A stretch of 64,000 nucleotides of DNA from positions 19,135-83,134 of IMG/VR virus record IMGVR_UViG_2765235989_000002. One strand, given 5' to 3'. The notes beneath the pieces were generated by a model. That model was not told where the DNA came from, made no database searches, and saw only the letters and a program-made list of their open reading frames with translations. The translations under genes and the position numbers were made by a program. Position 1 is the stretch's first letter. Each line of letters begins with the position of its first letter. This DNA is from a virus. Its lineage: Duplodnaviria; Caudoviricetes. This document shows, piece by piece, positions 27,727 to 37,191 of this stretch.

Positions 27727-28503
27727 TTATGCGGCGGGGCGGTGGCCGCGGGCCTGCGCGATGGCGCGGCCGCGGTCTCCGGGCTTCCCTGTGGGGGCCT
27801 GCCGGACTGGCGGGCCGCCGGCCGGGGCTCCGCCGGGGGCCGGGGGAAGCTGAGGCGGCGCGGCCGGTGGTTTGATGCCGAACAGTTCGGGGCGGCGTTC
27901 CTTCAGCTGGGTTGCGGCGTCCGTGAGGGCCTGGTCGTCGGCGTCGTCGGGGACGCGGAGGAGGGTGACGGCGTCCTCGAGGTCGGTGCCGGTCGCGCCG
28001 AGGCCGACGAGGACGGCGCGGTGGGCCGCAGCGCGTTCCCGGGCCTCGGCGGCCTTCTCCCGTGCCGCAGCACGGGCTTCCCGGTCGGTGAGTTCCTTCT
28101 CCTTGCGTTCATGCTCCGACATGCGGGCCTGCTCGGCCTTCTTCTGCTCCTCGACGTAGGTGCGCAGGCCGTTGACGTCGTCGAAACCGAGGTCGGAGGC
28201 GAGCCGCTGGTTGCCGTTGCGGCGGCCGGAGTCCTTCTCGGCGGTCAGCTTCTGCTCAAGCCAGTTGCGGTGGACGACGACTTCACCGTCGGCGAGGCCG
28301 GGCAGGGCGGAGGAAGGGGCCGGCGGCTTCGGCTTGGGCGCGCTGTCGTCCAGCTTCGGGCCCGGGGCAGCGGCCGGGGTCGGTACCGGAGGTGTGGGGG
28401 CGCCGCCGTCGTTGTAGAACACGGCGAGCCTGGCGATGCCGGCGTAGGGGTGCGCCCAGGCCGTGGCCGGGGCGGTGTGGTGCTGCTGCGCGGGGCGACG
28501 CAT
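27727..28503 (-). CDS. Capsid scaffolding protein
   Basis: Coiled coil, LKERRPELF motif; GGGAGG RBS. Confidence 0.8.
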   Translation of the reverse strand: MRRPAQQHHTAPATAWAHPYAGIARLAVFYNDGGAPTPPVPTPAAAPGPKLDDSAPKPKPPAPSSALPGLADGEVVVHRNWLEQKLTAEKDSGRRNGNQRLASDLGFDDVNGLRTYVEEQKKAEQARMSEHERKEKELTDREARAAAREKAAEARERAAAHRAVLVGLGATGTDLEDAVTLLRVPDDADDQALTDAATQLKERRPELFGIKPPAAPPQLPPAPGGAPAGGPPVRQAPTGKPGDRGRAIAQARGHRPAA

Positions 28504-28568
28504 GAGGGCAGATCCTCCCAAGGAATATTCAGGCCCCGCGCCTGAGATCAAGGAAAGCACGGATCGGT

Positions 28569-30455
28569 TCACGGGTTGCCCCCGCTCCCCTCCGGCTGGC
28601 CGGCCGGGCCCTGCCCCTGGGGGTCTTGGGGCGGCTGTACACCGGGCTGGGGCGGCAGTTGGATCGGCGGTACGGGTGGTTGTTCGGGGGCTTTGCGGCC
28701 AAGGAAGTCGGCGACTTCGTCGGGGTTGCCGAGCGCGTCGGCCAGATCGCGTGCCTGCGCGAAGGCCCGGGACTGGATCTGTTCGATCTCCTTCTCCATG
28801 TCGTCGATGGGGAAGCCGGCCTCGGTCAGCATCCGCACCGCGGTCTCAAGGGAGAGGACACCCTTCTCGACGCCGGTCGTTACCTGCTGGAGGACAGCGT
28901 CCCGGTCGGTGGGCGTGTACGGGCCGTAGATGAGCTTGGCGGGCACGGGGGTGATGCCGGCCCAGTCGGGGTGCTGCCCGGCGAGGTGGAGTCGCTGTAC
29001 GAACTTCAGCAGGAGGGTGTTCTTGTGGTCACGCGCGAGGCGCATGTCGTCCATGAGGGAGTCCAGCGGGCCGAGGCTGAGGGCGAGGGCGTAGCCGGAG
29101 GGCACCTTCGAGGGGTCCATGGTGCCGAGGGAGACGGCGGGGAGGCGTACGACGGTCGCGGCCCGCTCGGACAGGTCGTGGCGTTGGTGGCGTAGCTCTT
29201 GGAGTTGGGGGGCGGTGTTGAGGGTGTCCATGCGGCCGTTCTCGCCGAGGGTGAAGACCATGCCTGGGGCGACGGCGTGCTGGCCGCTGCCGGTGATGTT
29301 CTTCCCGGCGAGGCCGATGATCGGGGATCCGGTGGTGGCGGAGGCGCGGGCGCTGTCGGTGTCGGTGCCCTGGAGTTCGTCGAAGACCTGGAGGACCGCG
29401 GCGAGAGAGGACTGGCCCCAGTGCTCCTCGGCCGGGGGGACGGTGTTGGGGACGTGGATCACCGGGATGAAGTCGATGAGGAGGTCCAGGTGGTCGAGGA
29501 CTTCCCCGTCGGAGCGGGTCGCGAACGTTGCTTTCTCGAGCGGCAGGGAGTCGACGTCGGCAGGGGCCCGGATGTCGCCGAGTTCCCAGGTCGCGTCGGT
29601 GAGGTAGCACGCCCGGTAGGACGGCTTGTCGGACCACGGGTAGATGCGGCTGATGGCGCCGCTGTCGGGGTCGGCGACGTCCCCCTTACCGAGGCTGGGG
29701 ACGGGCGGCTCGCCGTCGGCGGGCTCGGTCATGACGGGGGCTCGGACGGGCCGGCTGTTGCGGTCGACGCCGGATGCGGTCGCGGGCCGGATCCAGTCGA
29801 GTTCGTAGGTGATGCGGCGCAGGCGGGCAGGGAGGTTCCGCTGCTTGTCCTCTGGCAGCTCCCACGCGAAGTGGATCCGCTGCGGGTACTCGCCGCCGTC
29901 GTCGTCTTCTCCGATGACGGGGAAGTAGAAGCCGGGGTCGGAGACCCGCAGGGTGACGCGTTCCTTCGCGGGGTCCCAGGCGAGCCGGTAGACGGCGTCG
30001 CCGAGGGAGACGGCTTTGCGTTCGGCCTGCTTCATCCGCATGGGCAGCAGTTCGGTCTCGGCCCAGTCCCGCAGAAGGTCCTGGACGCGTTCCGCCGCCG
30101 CCTGCCCCCCGTCGGCTTCGTCGCTGGCGGCGTGTTCGGCGCCGGGGACGGTGATGGTCTGCCCGCGGCCCATGACGTGAGCGACCAGGGTGTCGACGAA
30201 CATGCTGGGGTCGCCGTACTCGCGCCGGTCCCGCTCGGTGCTGCCGCCGTGGATCTCGGCGAGTTCAGCGGCCTGGTTGGAGTCGTACGCGGTGAACAGC
30301 TTGTATGCGGCGAGGCGCCGTTCGTCGGCGGCTGGCACCCAGGAGGCGTACGCCTCGGGGAAGGCCCGCCGGTTGGGCATGCCGAGATGGTCGCTGTAGA
30401 CCGGCTTGAAGTTGAGGCGCGACCAGGCGTCGATGAGCACGGTCTTGAGGCCCAC
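28569..30455 (-). CDS. Portal protein
   Basis: SLGDAVYRLAWD, FIPVIHVPN, WGQSSL, PSGYAL; between terL and scaffold. Confidence 0.88.
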   Translation of the reverse strand: MGLKTVLIDAWSRLNFKPVYSDHLGMPNRRAFPEAYASWVPAADERRLAAYKLFTAYDSNQAAELAEIHGGSTERDRREYGDPSMFVDTLVAHVMGRGQTITVPGAEHAASDEADGGQAAAERVQDLLRDWAETELLPMRMKQAERKAVSLGDAVYRLAWDPAKERVTLRVSDPGFYFPVIGEDDDGGEYPQRIHFAWELPEDKQRNLPARLRRITYELDWIRPATASGVDRNSRPVRAPVMTEPADGEPPVPSLGKGDVADPDSGAISRIYPWSDKPSYRACYLTDATWELGDIRAPADVDSLPLEKATFATRSDGEVLDHLDLLIDFIPVIHVPNTVPPAEEHWGQSSLAAVLQVFDELQGTDTDSARASATTGSPIIGLAGKNITGSGQHAVAPGMVFTLGENGRMDTLNTAPQLQELRHQRHDLSERAATVVRLPAVSLGTMDPSKVPSGYALALSLGPLDSLMDDMRLARDHKNTLLLKFVQRLHLAGQHPDWAGITPVPAKLIYGPYTPTDRDAVLQQVTTGVEKGVLSLETAVRMLTEAGFPIDDMEKEIEQIQSRAFAQARDLADALGNPDEVADFLGRKAPEQPPVPPIQLPPQPGVQPPQDPQGQGPAGQPEGSGGNP

Positions 30456-30769
30456 AAAGTTCCCTCCGTATAGCTGGCCCCGCGCCGCATCCAGCGTACG
30501 AGCGTTCCGAAGGTACGTTCCCCCGGCTCTCAACCGGCCGCGTCATTCACCCATTCGAGTTACAGGGCGAAGGGGTACCCCTCGAAAAGGCGCCCCATTG
30601 GAGGGCGTTGTGGGGATTCGCTCACGTACGCAAGGCATCGGGGGTCCGTAGTCGCATTCGGGAGGTCGTAGAATCTGGATTGGGCGTTCACACCACACGC
30701 TTCCTGATCGTCCCCCGGCCGCAATTGCCCGGGGGAACGCCTGCGGGTTGACCGGATCAGGAGGATCAG

Positions 30770-30856
30770 GTGGAGAACGACCATCCGGACTGGGGCTTTT
30801 GGTGCTTCGTCATCGCCCTCTTCGAGTTGGTGCTCAAGGTGATGACGCCGCAGTAG
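30770..30856 (+). CDS. 28-aa hydrophobic peptide, type I toxin-like (not in the supplied track)
   Basis: AGGAGG-N5-GTG; (M)ENDHPDWGFWCFVIALFELVLKVMTPQ*; own terminator. Confidence 0.65.
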   Translation: MENDHPDWGFWCFVIALFELVLKVMTPQ

Positions 30857-30878
30857 CCGCCAGTCCGGATCCGTGACG

Positions 30879-30916
30879 AGCCGCCTCCCAGCCAGGGAGG
30901 CGGCTTCGTTGTTTCT
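30879..30916 (+). terminator. Intrinsic terminator of the small peptide gene
   Basis: AGCCGCCTCCC / GGGAGGCGGCT stem followed by a T-rich tail. Confidence 0.8.
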
Positions 30917-31078
30917 CCCTGAACCCCAGCGAACTTAACAGTGCGCCGGAACTATTCCAATGTACCTTCACGAACCGAGATTTTTAAATCTCGCCCAGTT
31001 GGTGAGAGTGATTCCCTTCTCGGCTTGCATCTCGTCTCAGATCACCGTCCAGGGGCCTTGCTGGGCCTGTCACGGTCT

Positions 31079-32716
31079 TCAGCGCCGTCCGCTGAGACGG
31101 TGGTCTGCATACTTTGCCGTCTGTACGGCAGCTGAAGCTGGATCTGCCAGTTCGGTGAGTCCGTGTACGCAGGCGTCCATGCGGTCTGGGGAGTCCATGC
31201 CGGGGATCCAGGTGACAAGTTGTCCCTCAAGGCGCGGGAACTCGCCGACGTGGTGGACAAGGCCCTGGGCGTACAGCTGGGCGATTGGTTCGGCGCGCAG
31301 GCGTTTCCCCTGCTTGGCGTGCACTTCGATGATGGCTGGCATCAACATGCCAGCGGTCTCGCCCGCCTCGGTGAGCTCCTTCCAGGCTTGGCGGATGATC
31401 TGCTTGGCCATGTCGCCGCCGAAGTTCGACTCGACGACGATCGCGTCCGCGCGTAGCTCGATGGCGAGGCGGCAGGCCGCGTGTCCCCAGGTGTCTGCTC
31501 CCATCCGGTCGGAGCGGTCGGCGAGCACGTACAGCTGCCCTGTGTTGTCGCGCCCGCCGGCCCAGAGGCCGGTTTCGTCGTTGACGTCGTCATCCCCGCC
31601 CGCGGTGTCCACGGCGACGACGATGCGGGTGAGGTCGACGCCTCGGAACTGCATGGGGGTGAGCCGGTTGTCAGTGATCCACGGCCACTGCCATACGCCG
31701 CCCTCGAGCGGGCGAGGCTTCTGCTGGTAAAGGGACCACCAGACGCGTTCGCCGACCGCGCGCCGGATCTTCTCGAGGGCCTTGCGTCCGTACCGGAGCG
31801 GCCAGAGGGGTTCTCCGACAGGACGGCCGAGGGCGTCGTCTTCACTGTCGGCGATGGCCGGCAGGTCGAGGATGGTCCAGTCGGAGGCGTCTTCGCCTTC
31901 GAGGATGCGGCCGGCGAGGTCTTGCTCGTGCCAGCGTGTCTGGATGACCAGGATGCTGCCGCCGGGCTCGATGCGAGTGTTGAGGACGGACGTCCACCAG
32001 TCCCAGAGGCGGCGGCGCATGGTGGGCGATTCGGCGTCGGCGGCGTCCTTGATGGGGTCGTCGACGATCGCGAGGTGCGCGCCCTTGCCGGTGAGTCCTC
32101 CGCCGACGCCGGCGGTGACGAGGCCGCCGTCGAGCCGGTTACCGGTGTCGGGGTCGGCGAGGTCGAATCGGTTGGCGGCTTTGGATCCGGCGTGGAGGGC
32201 GAGGCCGAGCTGGGGTCCGTAGGTGTTGATGGCGTCGCGGATCCACCGGCCGTGGTCGTCGGCGAGGTCGGCTGAGTAGGAGGCGATCATCACCCGGTGG
32301 TCGGGGTGCCGCGACAGGTACCACAGGGGTGCCCAGCGCGCGGCGCGGCGGGACTTTCCGTGCCGTGGGGGCATGGTGATGAGGACTTTGCGGGGGCGGC
32401 CGGCGGCGATGTCGCGGAACACCTGGTCGATGAGGTCCAGGTGCCGGGCTTGTTTCTCCTTGCCGTCGGTGAGGATCGCGGACATGGAGCCCGGGGATCG
32501 CTTGAGGGCCATGTCCCGTTCGACGCCAGCGAGAATGGTCCGTATCTCGGGGCTGGCTGCGATTGCGATACGGCGTCGCTGGGCCCGGTTCAGACGCCGG
32601 TACTGGGCGACCAGCTTGAGGAACTCCTCTGCCTCGGCGGCGATGTCGACGTCGGGCTGTTGTCCCGCGTCTTGGGCCAGGGGCGGGTCAGGCGTCTTCA
32701 TCGGTGGTGTCGCCAT
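31079..32716 (-). CDS. terL: Terminase large subunit
   Basis: MPPRHGKS Walker A, IVDDPIKD Walker B, QTRWHEQDL, AVDTA, SPDRMDA nuclease motifs. Confidence 0.95.
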   Translation of the reverse strand: MATPPMKTPDPPLAQDAGQQPDVDIAAEAEEFLKLVAQYRRLNRAQRRRIAIAASPEIRTILAGVERDMALKRSPGSMSAILTDGKEKQARHLDLIDQVFRDIAAGRPRKVLITMPPRHGKSRRAARWAPLWYLSRHPDHRVMIASYSADLADDHGRWIRDAINTYGPQLGLALHAGSKAANRFDLADPDTGNRLDGGLVTAGVGGGLTGKGAHLAIVDDPIKDAADAESPTMRRRLWDWWTSVLNTRIEPGGSILVIQTRWHEQDLAGRILEGEDASDWTILDLPAIADSEDDALGRPVGEPLWPLRYGRKALEKIRRAVGERVWWSLYQQKPRPLEGGVWQWPWITDNRLTPMQFRGVDLTRIVVAVDTAGGDDDVNDETGLWAGGRDNTGQLYVLADRSDRMGADTWGHAACRLAIELRADAIVVESNFGGDMAKQIIRQAWKELTEAGETAGMLMPAIIEVHAKQGKRLRAEPIAQLYAQGLVHHVGEFPRLEGQLVTWIPGMDSPDRMDACVHGLTELADPASAAVQTAKYADHRLSGRR

Positions 32717-33200
32717 CATCAGCGTCGTGCGGGTCCTCGGGGATGTCGTCGTCCTCAAGGTCGGGTTCACCCGCGGTGCGGATGAGGTCGCGCAGTTCGG
32801 CAATCGCGACCGGGCCGACCGGGACCGCTCCTCCGTCGGGCCCGGACAGCTCGGTCTTGGCGGGCATGTCGAGTCCGTTCAGCTTTGCCTGCCGGTCCAT
32901 GAGCTTGAGGACGAGCTCGGCGGCCTTGGTGTCGCCGCCAGCGGTAGCGTTCTCCCAGTGGGCTTCGAGGAGTGCTTCGAGGCGTTCGTTCGCTTCCTGC
33001 CGGTACACGCTGGCTTCGGCGGCCTGCTCGTCGCGGCGTTCCTCAATGGCGCGGATGAAGTCCTTGGTGGCGGCGCCGCGGCTGGTGTAGCCGAGGGCGA
33101 GGATGCGGGGGTCTTCGAACCGGACGCCGGCGCGGCGTAGGCGGATGAGTTCTGCGCGGCGGGCGGCGACTTCGGCTTGCTCGGCTTTGGAGGCTGGCAT
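32688..33200 (-). CDS. terS: Terminase small subunit
   Basis: HTH-like N-terminus, RQAKLNGLDMPAKTELSGPDGG; directly upstream of terL. Confidence 0.85.
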   Translation of the reverse strand: MPASKAEQAEVAARRAELIRLRRAGVRFEDPRILALGYTSRGAATKDFIRAIEERRDEQAAEASVYRQEANERLEALLEAHWENATAGGDTKAAELVLKLMDRQAKLNGLDMPAKTELSGPDGGAVPVGPVAIAELRDLIRTAGEPDLEDDDIPEDPHDADDGDTTDEDA

Positions 33201-33310
33201 GGCGGTGGGGGCTCCCGCTCAATAGGTGTGGCCCCGCGCCTGTAACCGATGATCCCTGATGCTGGCGGGATTCTTCCCCCGGCGGTGGGCGGGCTGTCAC
33301 GATGCGCGGC

Positions 33311-34003
33311 ATGAGACGTGTGAGTGGGGTGGGGGCTGTCGTGGTGGCGGCGGTGTTGTTGGTGTCGGGGTGCGGGGGCTCGAGCGGGGGTTCGGAGGGC
33401 TCGGGGCCGGGCGGAGAGACGAGTTCGCCGGCGGCGGTGCCGGAGTCGTCGGGGCCGGGGGTTGAGGAGTCGGAGGAGTCGTTCCCGGCGACGCCGGAGG
33501 GGGATGTGGACCGTCTGGCGTCCGAGAAGGGCTGGGTGGTGGACGACCTGTATCCGGCAGCGTCGGACTTCGTGGCGGATATATGCGCGTCGCTGCCGGA
33601 GAGCGCGGCGGACAGCTCGTCGCGGCCTCAGTGGCTGGCGGAGAGCGGCGTGTTGGAGGGCGACGGGAAGGCGGTTCTGCTGGCGGGGATCCCGAAGCTG
33701 TGCCCGAAGTGGGAGGCGACGCTGAAGGAGGCGGTGTCGGGTGACTACGAGCGGTGGGTGTCGTCTGGGGAGTACGAGGTGAAAGCGGGCCCGGCGGATG
33801 CGGGGGCGGATGTGCTGGTGATGCCGGCGGGCACGTACCGGACGGTGGGCGCGCTCGCGGACTGCTACTGGGAGCGGACGTCCGAGGACGGGCAGATCAT
33901 CGACAATCAGTTCGCGACGCAGGCTCGCCGGATCACGGTGACGGTGCAAACGGGAGAACTGTTCAAGTCGGAGCAGTGCGGGACGTGGAAGCCGGTGAAG
34001 TAG
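33311..34003 (+). CDS. Lipoprotein
   Basis: Signal peptide with lipobox LVSG-C; PAGTYRT...DCYWER...IIDNQF domain. Confidence 0.85.
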   Translation: MRRVSGVGAVVVAAVLLVSGCGGSSGGSEGSGPGGETSSPAAVPESSGPGVEESEESFPATPEGDVDRLASEKGWVVDDLYPAASDFVADICASLPESAADSSSRPQWLAESGVLEGDGKAVLLAGIPKLCPKWEATLKEAVSGDYERWVSSGEYEVKAGPADAGADVLVMPAGTYRTVGALADCYWERTSEDGQIIDNQFATQARRITVTVQTGELFKSEQCGTWKPVK

Positions 34004-34150
34004 CCGCGGACCCGGTGGTGGCCGGGCCACTGATGCTGGGGTGCTCGGCAGTAGCGCACCTCTGGCACTTTTGACGCGGCCTGCCGGTGGGAGGCCGGTT
34101 TCCCGTGCGGCGGGAAGCCAAGGGCACGGGTGCTGGTTCTTCAGACGGGT

Positions 34151-34185
34151 CGGCCCCGCCAGTTCGGGGGAGGCTGGCGGGGCCG
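34151..34185. terminator. Hairpin between the convergent lipoprotein and translocase genes
   Basis: CGGCCCCGCCAG / CTGGCGGGGCCG. Confidence 0.6.
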
Positions 34186-34367
34186 GGGGAACCCTGTACG
34201 GCCGGGGGTGCCGTGCTGGGGCTCAAGGGTGTTGGTCTTGTTGCACGGCCCGGGTTCTTTCTGGCGCGGGGACGCAGGAAGAACACAGATGAGTATCCGT
34301 CCCGGGCCGTGCTCTTCCATGGTGGTACAGGTTCGGGCGTTTGTCCGGGCTGCTCTCCCCCGGGGTG

Positions 34368-36707
34368 TTACTCGTCGGGTGTTGGTGCCGGGCCCAGGCC
34401 GTACGTACCGCGGGTACCGTCCTGCGGCCGGTGGATTTTCTGCTCCTTGACGAGGCGGGCGAGGGTGTTGGACAGCGTCGTCTCCTTCATCCCGGTCTGC
34501 TGAAGCAGCGTGGTCTTGTCCATGTACTGGATCTCGTAGTCGTCCGGCTCCAGGTCGGCGCCGGCGAGCGCCTCGAGGTGCATGGGGTCGGAGTTCTCCC
34601 GGAGAGCCTGGATGACTTTGTCTTCCGCGCTGGGTTCCTTCTTCGGCAGGTCGACGCCGTTGACGTACTTCGGTGCGGAAGAGTCGTCCTGGTCGCTTCC
34701 GCTGCCGCCTTCTTCGAAGCCGCGGACCGGGGTGTTGGCGATCTCTTCCAGGGTGGCGTCGTCCCAGCCGGGGAAGTCCTCGGGGACGGCGACCTGGTCG
34801 GGCCGGATGTGCGGGGTGGCGTCCTCGAGGGTGAAGGTGCGGCCCATGCCGGGGCGTCCGCCGGGGGCGCCCATGAATCCGAGGCCGAAGGTGCGGCGCG
34901 GGTCGTCCTCGGGGAGGGTCGGGTCGTAGATCAGAGAGTCGTCCTCGGACTTCCATACGGCGGGGATTTTGGCGGGGTCGATGCCTTCGAAGCCGTCGGG
35001 GAGGTCGGCGAGGTTGGTCTGGCCGGAGTCGGTGCGCAGGATCAGCCAGGCTCCGCCGTTGATCAGGTTGGCGCGGATGGCTTGTTCGCCGCCGATCTGG
35101 TCCAGGTTCACGGTCTGGTTGATCAGGGTCCACGGCATGCCCAGGGAGCGGCCGAGGCTGGCGCCGGCCTTGACGATGTGTACGGCTTCCTTGCGGTTGG
35201 GCACGTTGGGGCCGAGTACTTGGGCGGCCTCGTCGAGGGCGGTGGCGCACCAGGGTCGCATTTTGGAGGGCTGGAAGTTCTTCAGTTCCAGTCGGGCGGC
35301 TTCCTCCTTGCGGTGCATGAGGATCGCGTAGGAGATCCGCAGGGCGCCGAGGGCGCCGTATGTCTGGAGGCCGGAGTAGGCGGCCATCTTGGGGATCGCG
35401 GGGTTGGAGGCGCCCTTGGGGTCGGCGTAGAGGATGGCCGCGTCGTTGGCGTGGTAGCCCAGGCAGACGAGTTGGGCGGCGCCGCCCTTTCCGGATCCGG
35501 TTGTGCCGGCGATGACGAGGTGGAGGGCGCCGAGGACGGGGTCGAACATGGGGAACATCCAGGGGTGCCCGGAGATGACCTTGCCGAAGGGGACGCGGCC
35601 GCCCTTGGTGGCCTTGAGGGCGTCCAGGCCGGGGAAGTCGAATCCCTTCTCCAGGGGGTTTTCCTTCATCGTGCGGATGATGGCCTTGCGGGGGTTGGTG
35701 GCGATCGGCTCGTAGGAGATCAGCAGGGGTGAGGTGCGCATGGCGCCGGCGAGTTCGTTCCGGTCGGGGGCCTTGAGGATGTCGAGGTCTTCGTCGGCGA
35801 CGACGTATGCGGCCTGGCCGCCGGTGTTCGGGTCGTCGGTGACGTCCTCCAGGTGGGTCTTCGCCATCAGGCCGCCGGGGCGGGCTACGTACTTCATCCA
35901 GGCGCCCTCCAGGGTGGAGGGGTTCAGCTTCGCGGGGGCTTTCATGCTGACCTCGATGCGGGCCTCTCCCGCATGGTCGCCGGGGGTGATGTCGACCCAT
36001 CCGGGACGGACCTTGTAGACGGAGGAGACGGTCTCCTTGGAGACGGAGACGCCGCTTCCTGCCGGGGCCAGGATGGTGCCGGTCCAGCGGAGGATGGTGC
36101 CGGTCGCGGGGTCGGTGTACGCGAGGACGTTCGCGAGGACCTGGTGTTTGTGGGCTCCGGTGGTCGGGTTGGAGATGTGCGTTCCCCATGCCATGACGAT
36201 GCCGTCGGCGATGCTTGCGGGCTTGCCGGCCGTGCTGGCTGCGTGGGGGTGGGTGGTGCGGCGGGTCTGGGTCTTGCGGGCCAGGACCTTGCGTAGCTTC
36301 CAGGGGACGAGGGCGACGGCGGCCCACCAGCCGAGGGAGACGATGCCGGGGATGGATGCCGGGTTGAGGATGCCGGCCATGAGGGCGTCCGTGCCGTCGA
36401 GGCCCCTGAGTGTGCCGAGGCCGAGGGACATGCCGGTGGTGAGGGTGGAGATGAACATCGGGGAGCGGTGGGCGCGGACGATGTCCCCGGCCGGGAGGTT
36501 GTCGGTGAGTTCGGGCGGGAGGCGGTTCATGTAGTTCGCGGCCATGAAGCCGGCGGCTCCGCCGTAGGCGATGGCTGCGGTGAACGCGGCGCCGCCGTCG
36601 AGGAGCGGGGCGAGGATGCCGGTGGCGATGGGGGCGGCGGAGGTGACGAAGGCAATGCCGCGTTCGGTGCTTGCGGCGCGGGGGCTGGTGGTCGTGGGCG
36701 TGGTCAT
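34368..36707 (-). CDS. TraB/FtsK-SpoIIIE-like conjugative DNA translocase
   Basis: N-terminal TM segments, Walker A IAGTTGSGKG, Walker B ALDEAA, C-terminal winged helix TGMKETTLSNTLARLVKE. Confidence 0.85.
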   Translation of the reverse strand: MTTPTTTSPRAASTERGIAFVTSAAPIATGILAPLLDGGAAFTAAIAYGGAAGFMAANYMNRLPPELTDNLPAGDIVRAHRSPMFISTLTTGMSLGLGTLRGLDGTDALMAGILNPASIPGIVSLGWWAAVALVPWKLRKVLARKTQTRRTTHPHAASTAGKPASIADGIVMAWGTHISNPTTGAHKHQVLANVLAYTDPATGTILRWTGTILAPAGSGVSVSKETVSSVYKVRPGWVDITPGDHAGEARIEVSMKAPAKLNPSTLEGAWMKYVARPGGLMAKTHLEDVTDDPNTGGQAAYVVADEDLDILKAPDRNELAGAMRTSPLLISYEPIATNPRKAIIRTMKENPLEKGFDFPGLDALKATKGGRVPFGKVISGHPWMFPMFDPVLGALHLVIAGTTGSGKGGAAQLVCLGYHANDAAILYADPKGASNPAIPKMAAYSGLQTYGALGALRISYAILMHRKEEAARLELKNFQPSKMRPWCATALDEAAQVLGPNVPNRKEAVHIVKAGASLGRSLGMPWTLINQTVNLDQIGGEQAIRANLINGGAWLILRTDSGQTNLADLPDGFEGIDPAKIPAVWKSEDDSLIYDPTLPEDDPRRTFGLGFMGAPGGRPGMGRTFTLEDATPHIRPDQVAVPEDFPGWDDATLEEIANTPVRGFEEGGSGSDQDDSSAPKYVNGVDLPKKEPSAEDKVIQALRENSDPMHLEALAGADLEPDDYEIQYMDKTTLLQQTGMKETTLSNTLARLVKEQKIHRPQDGTRGTYGLGPAPTPDE

Positions 36708-36787
36708 GGGGATACTCCTGGGTGGGTTGTATGGCCTGCGGATATGGGGCGGGGCCGGGGTGCGTCCCGGCCCCGCCCTGCCGGGGG

Positions 36788-37171
36788 CTATGCCTGCTCG
36801 AACCAGTCGCGGGAGACGTTCTCCAGGCCGTCGACGCTGGACCGGTCGAAGGCTTCCTGGAAGCCGCCGTGGGTGGACCTGGCCTGGTCGCCCGCTGCTG
36901 TGGCCTGCTTGGCGGTGTCCTGGGCCTTGGCGGCGTAGGTCAGGATCCCGTCGGACAACCCCTTGATGACCTTGGACAGTTCGTGGGAGTCGGCCACCGA
37001 GTCCCTGTCGACGGACTTCGCGGCCATCTGATCGGACTCCCTGCTGGTCTCTGTGGCCTCTGCGTCGATGACTTTCGCTGCCGCCTTGACGTCGTCGGCG
37101 TTCCGGGAGACCTTCCTCTCCAGCTTGGCCACCTTCGCTTGGAGGGCCTTGTACGTCAGGTCGCTGCTCAT
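36788..37171 (-). CDS. Small helical transfer-region protein
   Basis: 127 aa, all-helical, directly upstream of the translocase. Confidence 0.75.
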   Translation of the reverse strand: MSSDLTYKALQAKVAKLERKVSRNADDVKAAAKVIDAEATETSRESDQMAAKSVDRDSVADSHELSKVIKGLSDGILTYAAKAQDTAKQATAAGDQARSTHGGFQEAFDRSSVDGLENVSRDWFEQA

Positions 37172-37191
37172 GGTGATCGGGTTCCTTCGGG

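Noticed and set aside
11071-33200. Tailocin, contractile injection system or gene transfer agent
   Set aside because: No sheath or baseplate wedge genes; full head and packaging set plus replication and recombination genes indicate a siphovirus.
34368-37171. FtsK ATPase plus small helical protein as type VII secretion (EccC/WXG100)
   Set aside because: Only one ATPase domain, with a C-terminal wHTH; no WxG motif, mycosin or other Ecc genes.
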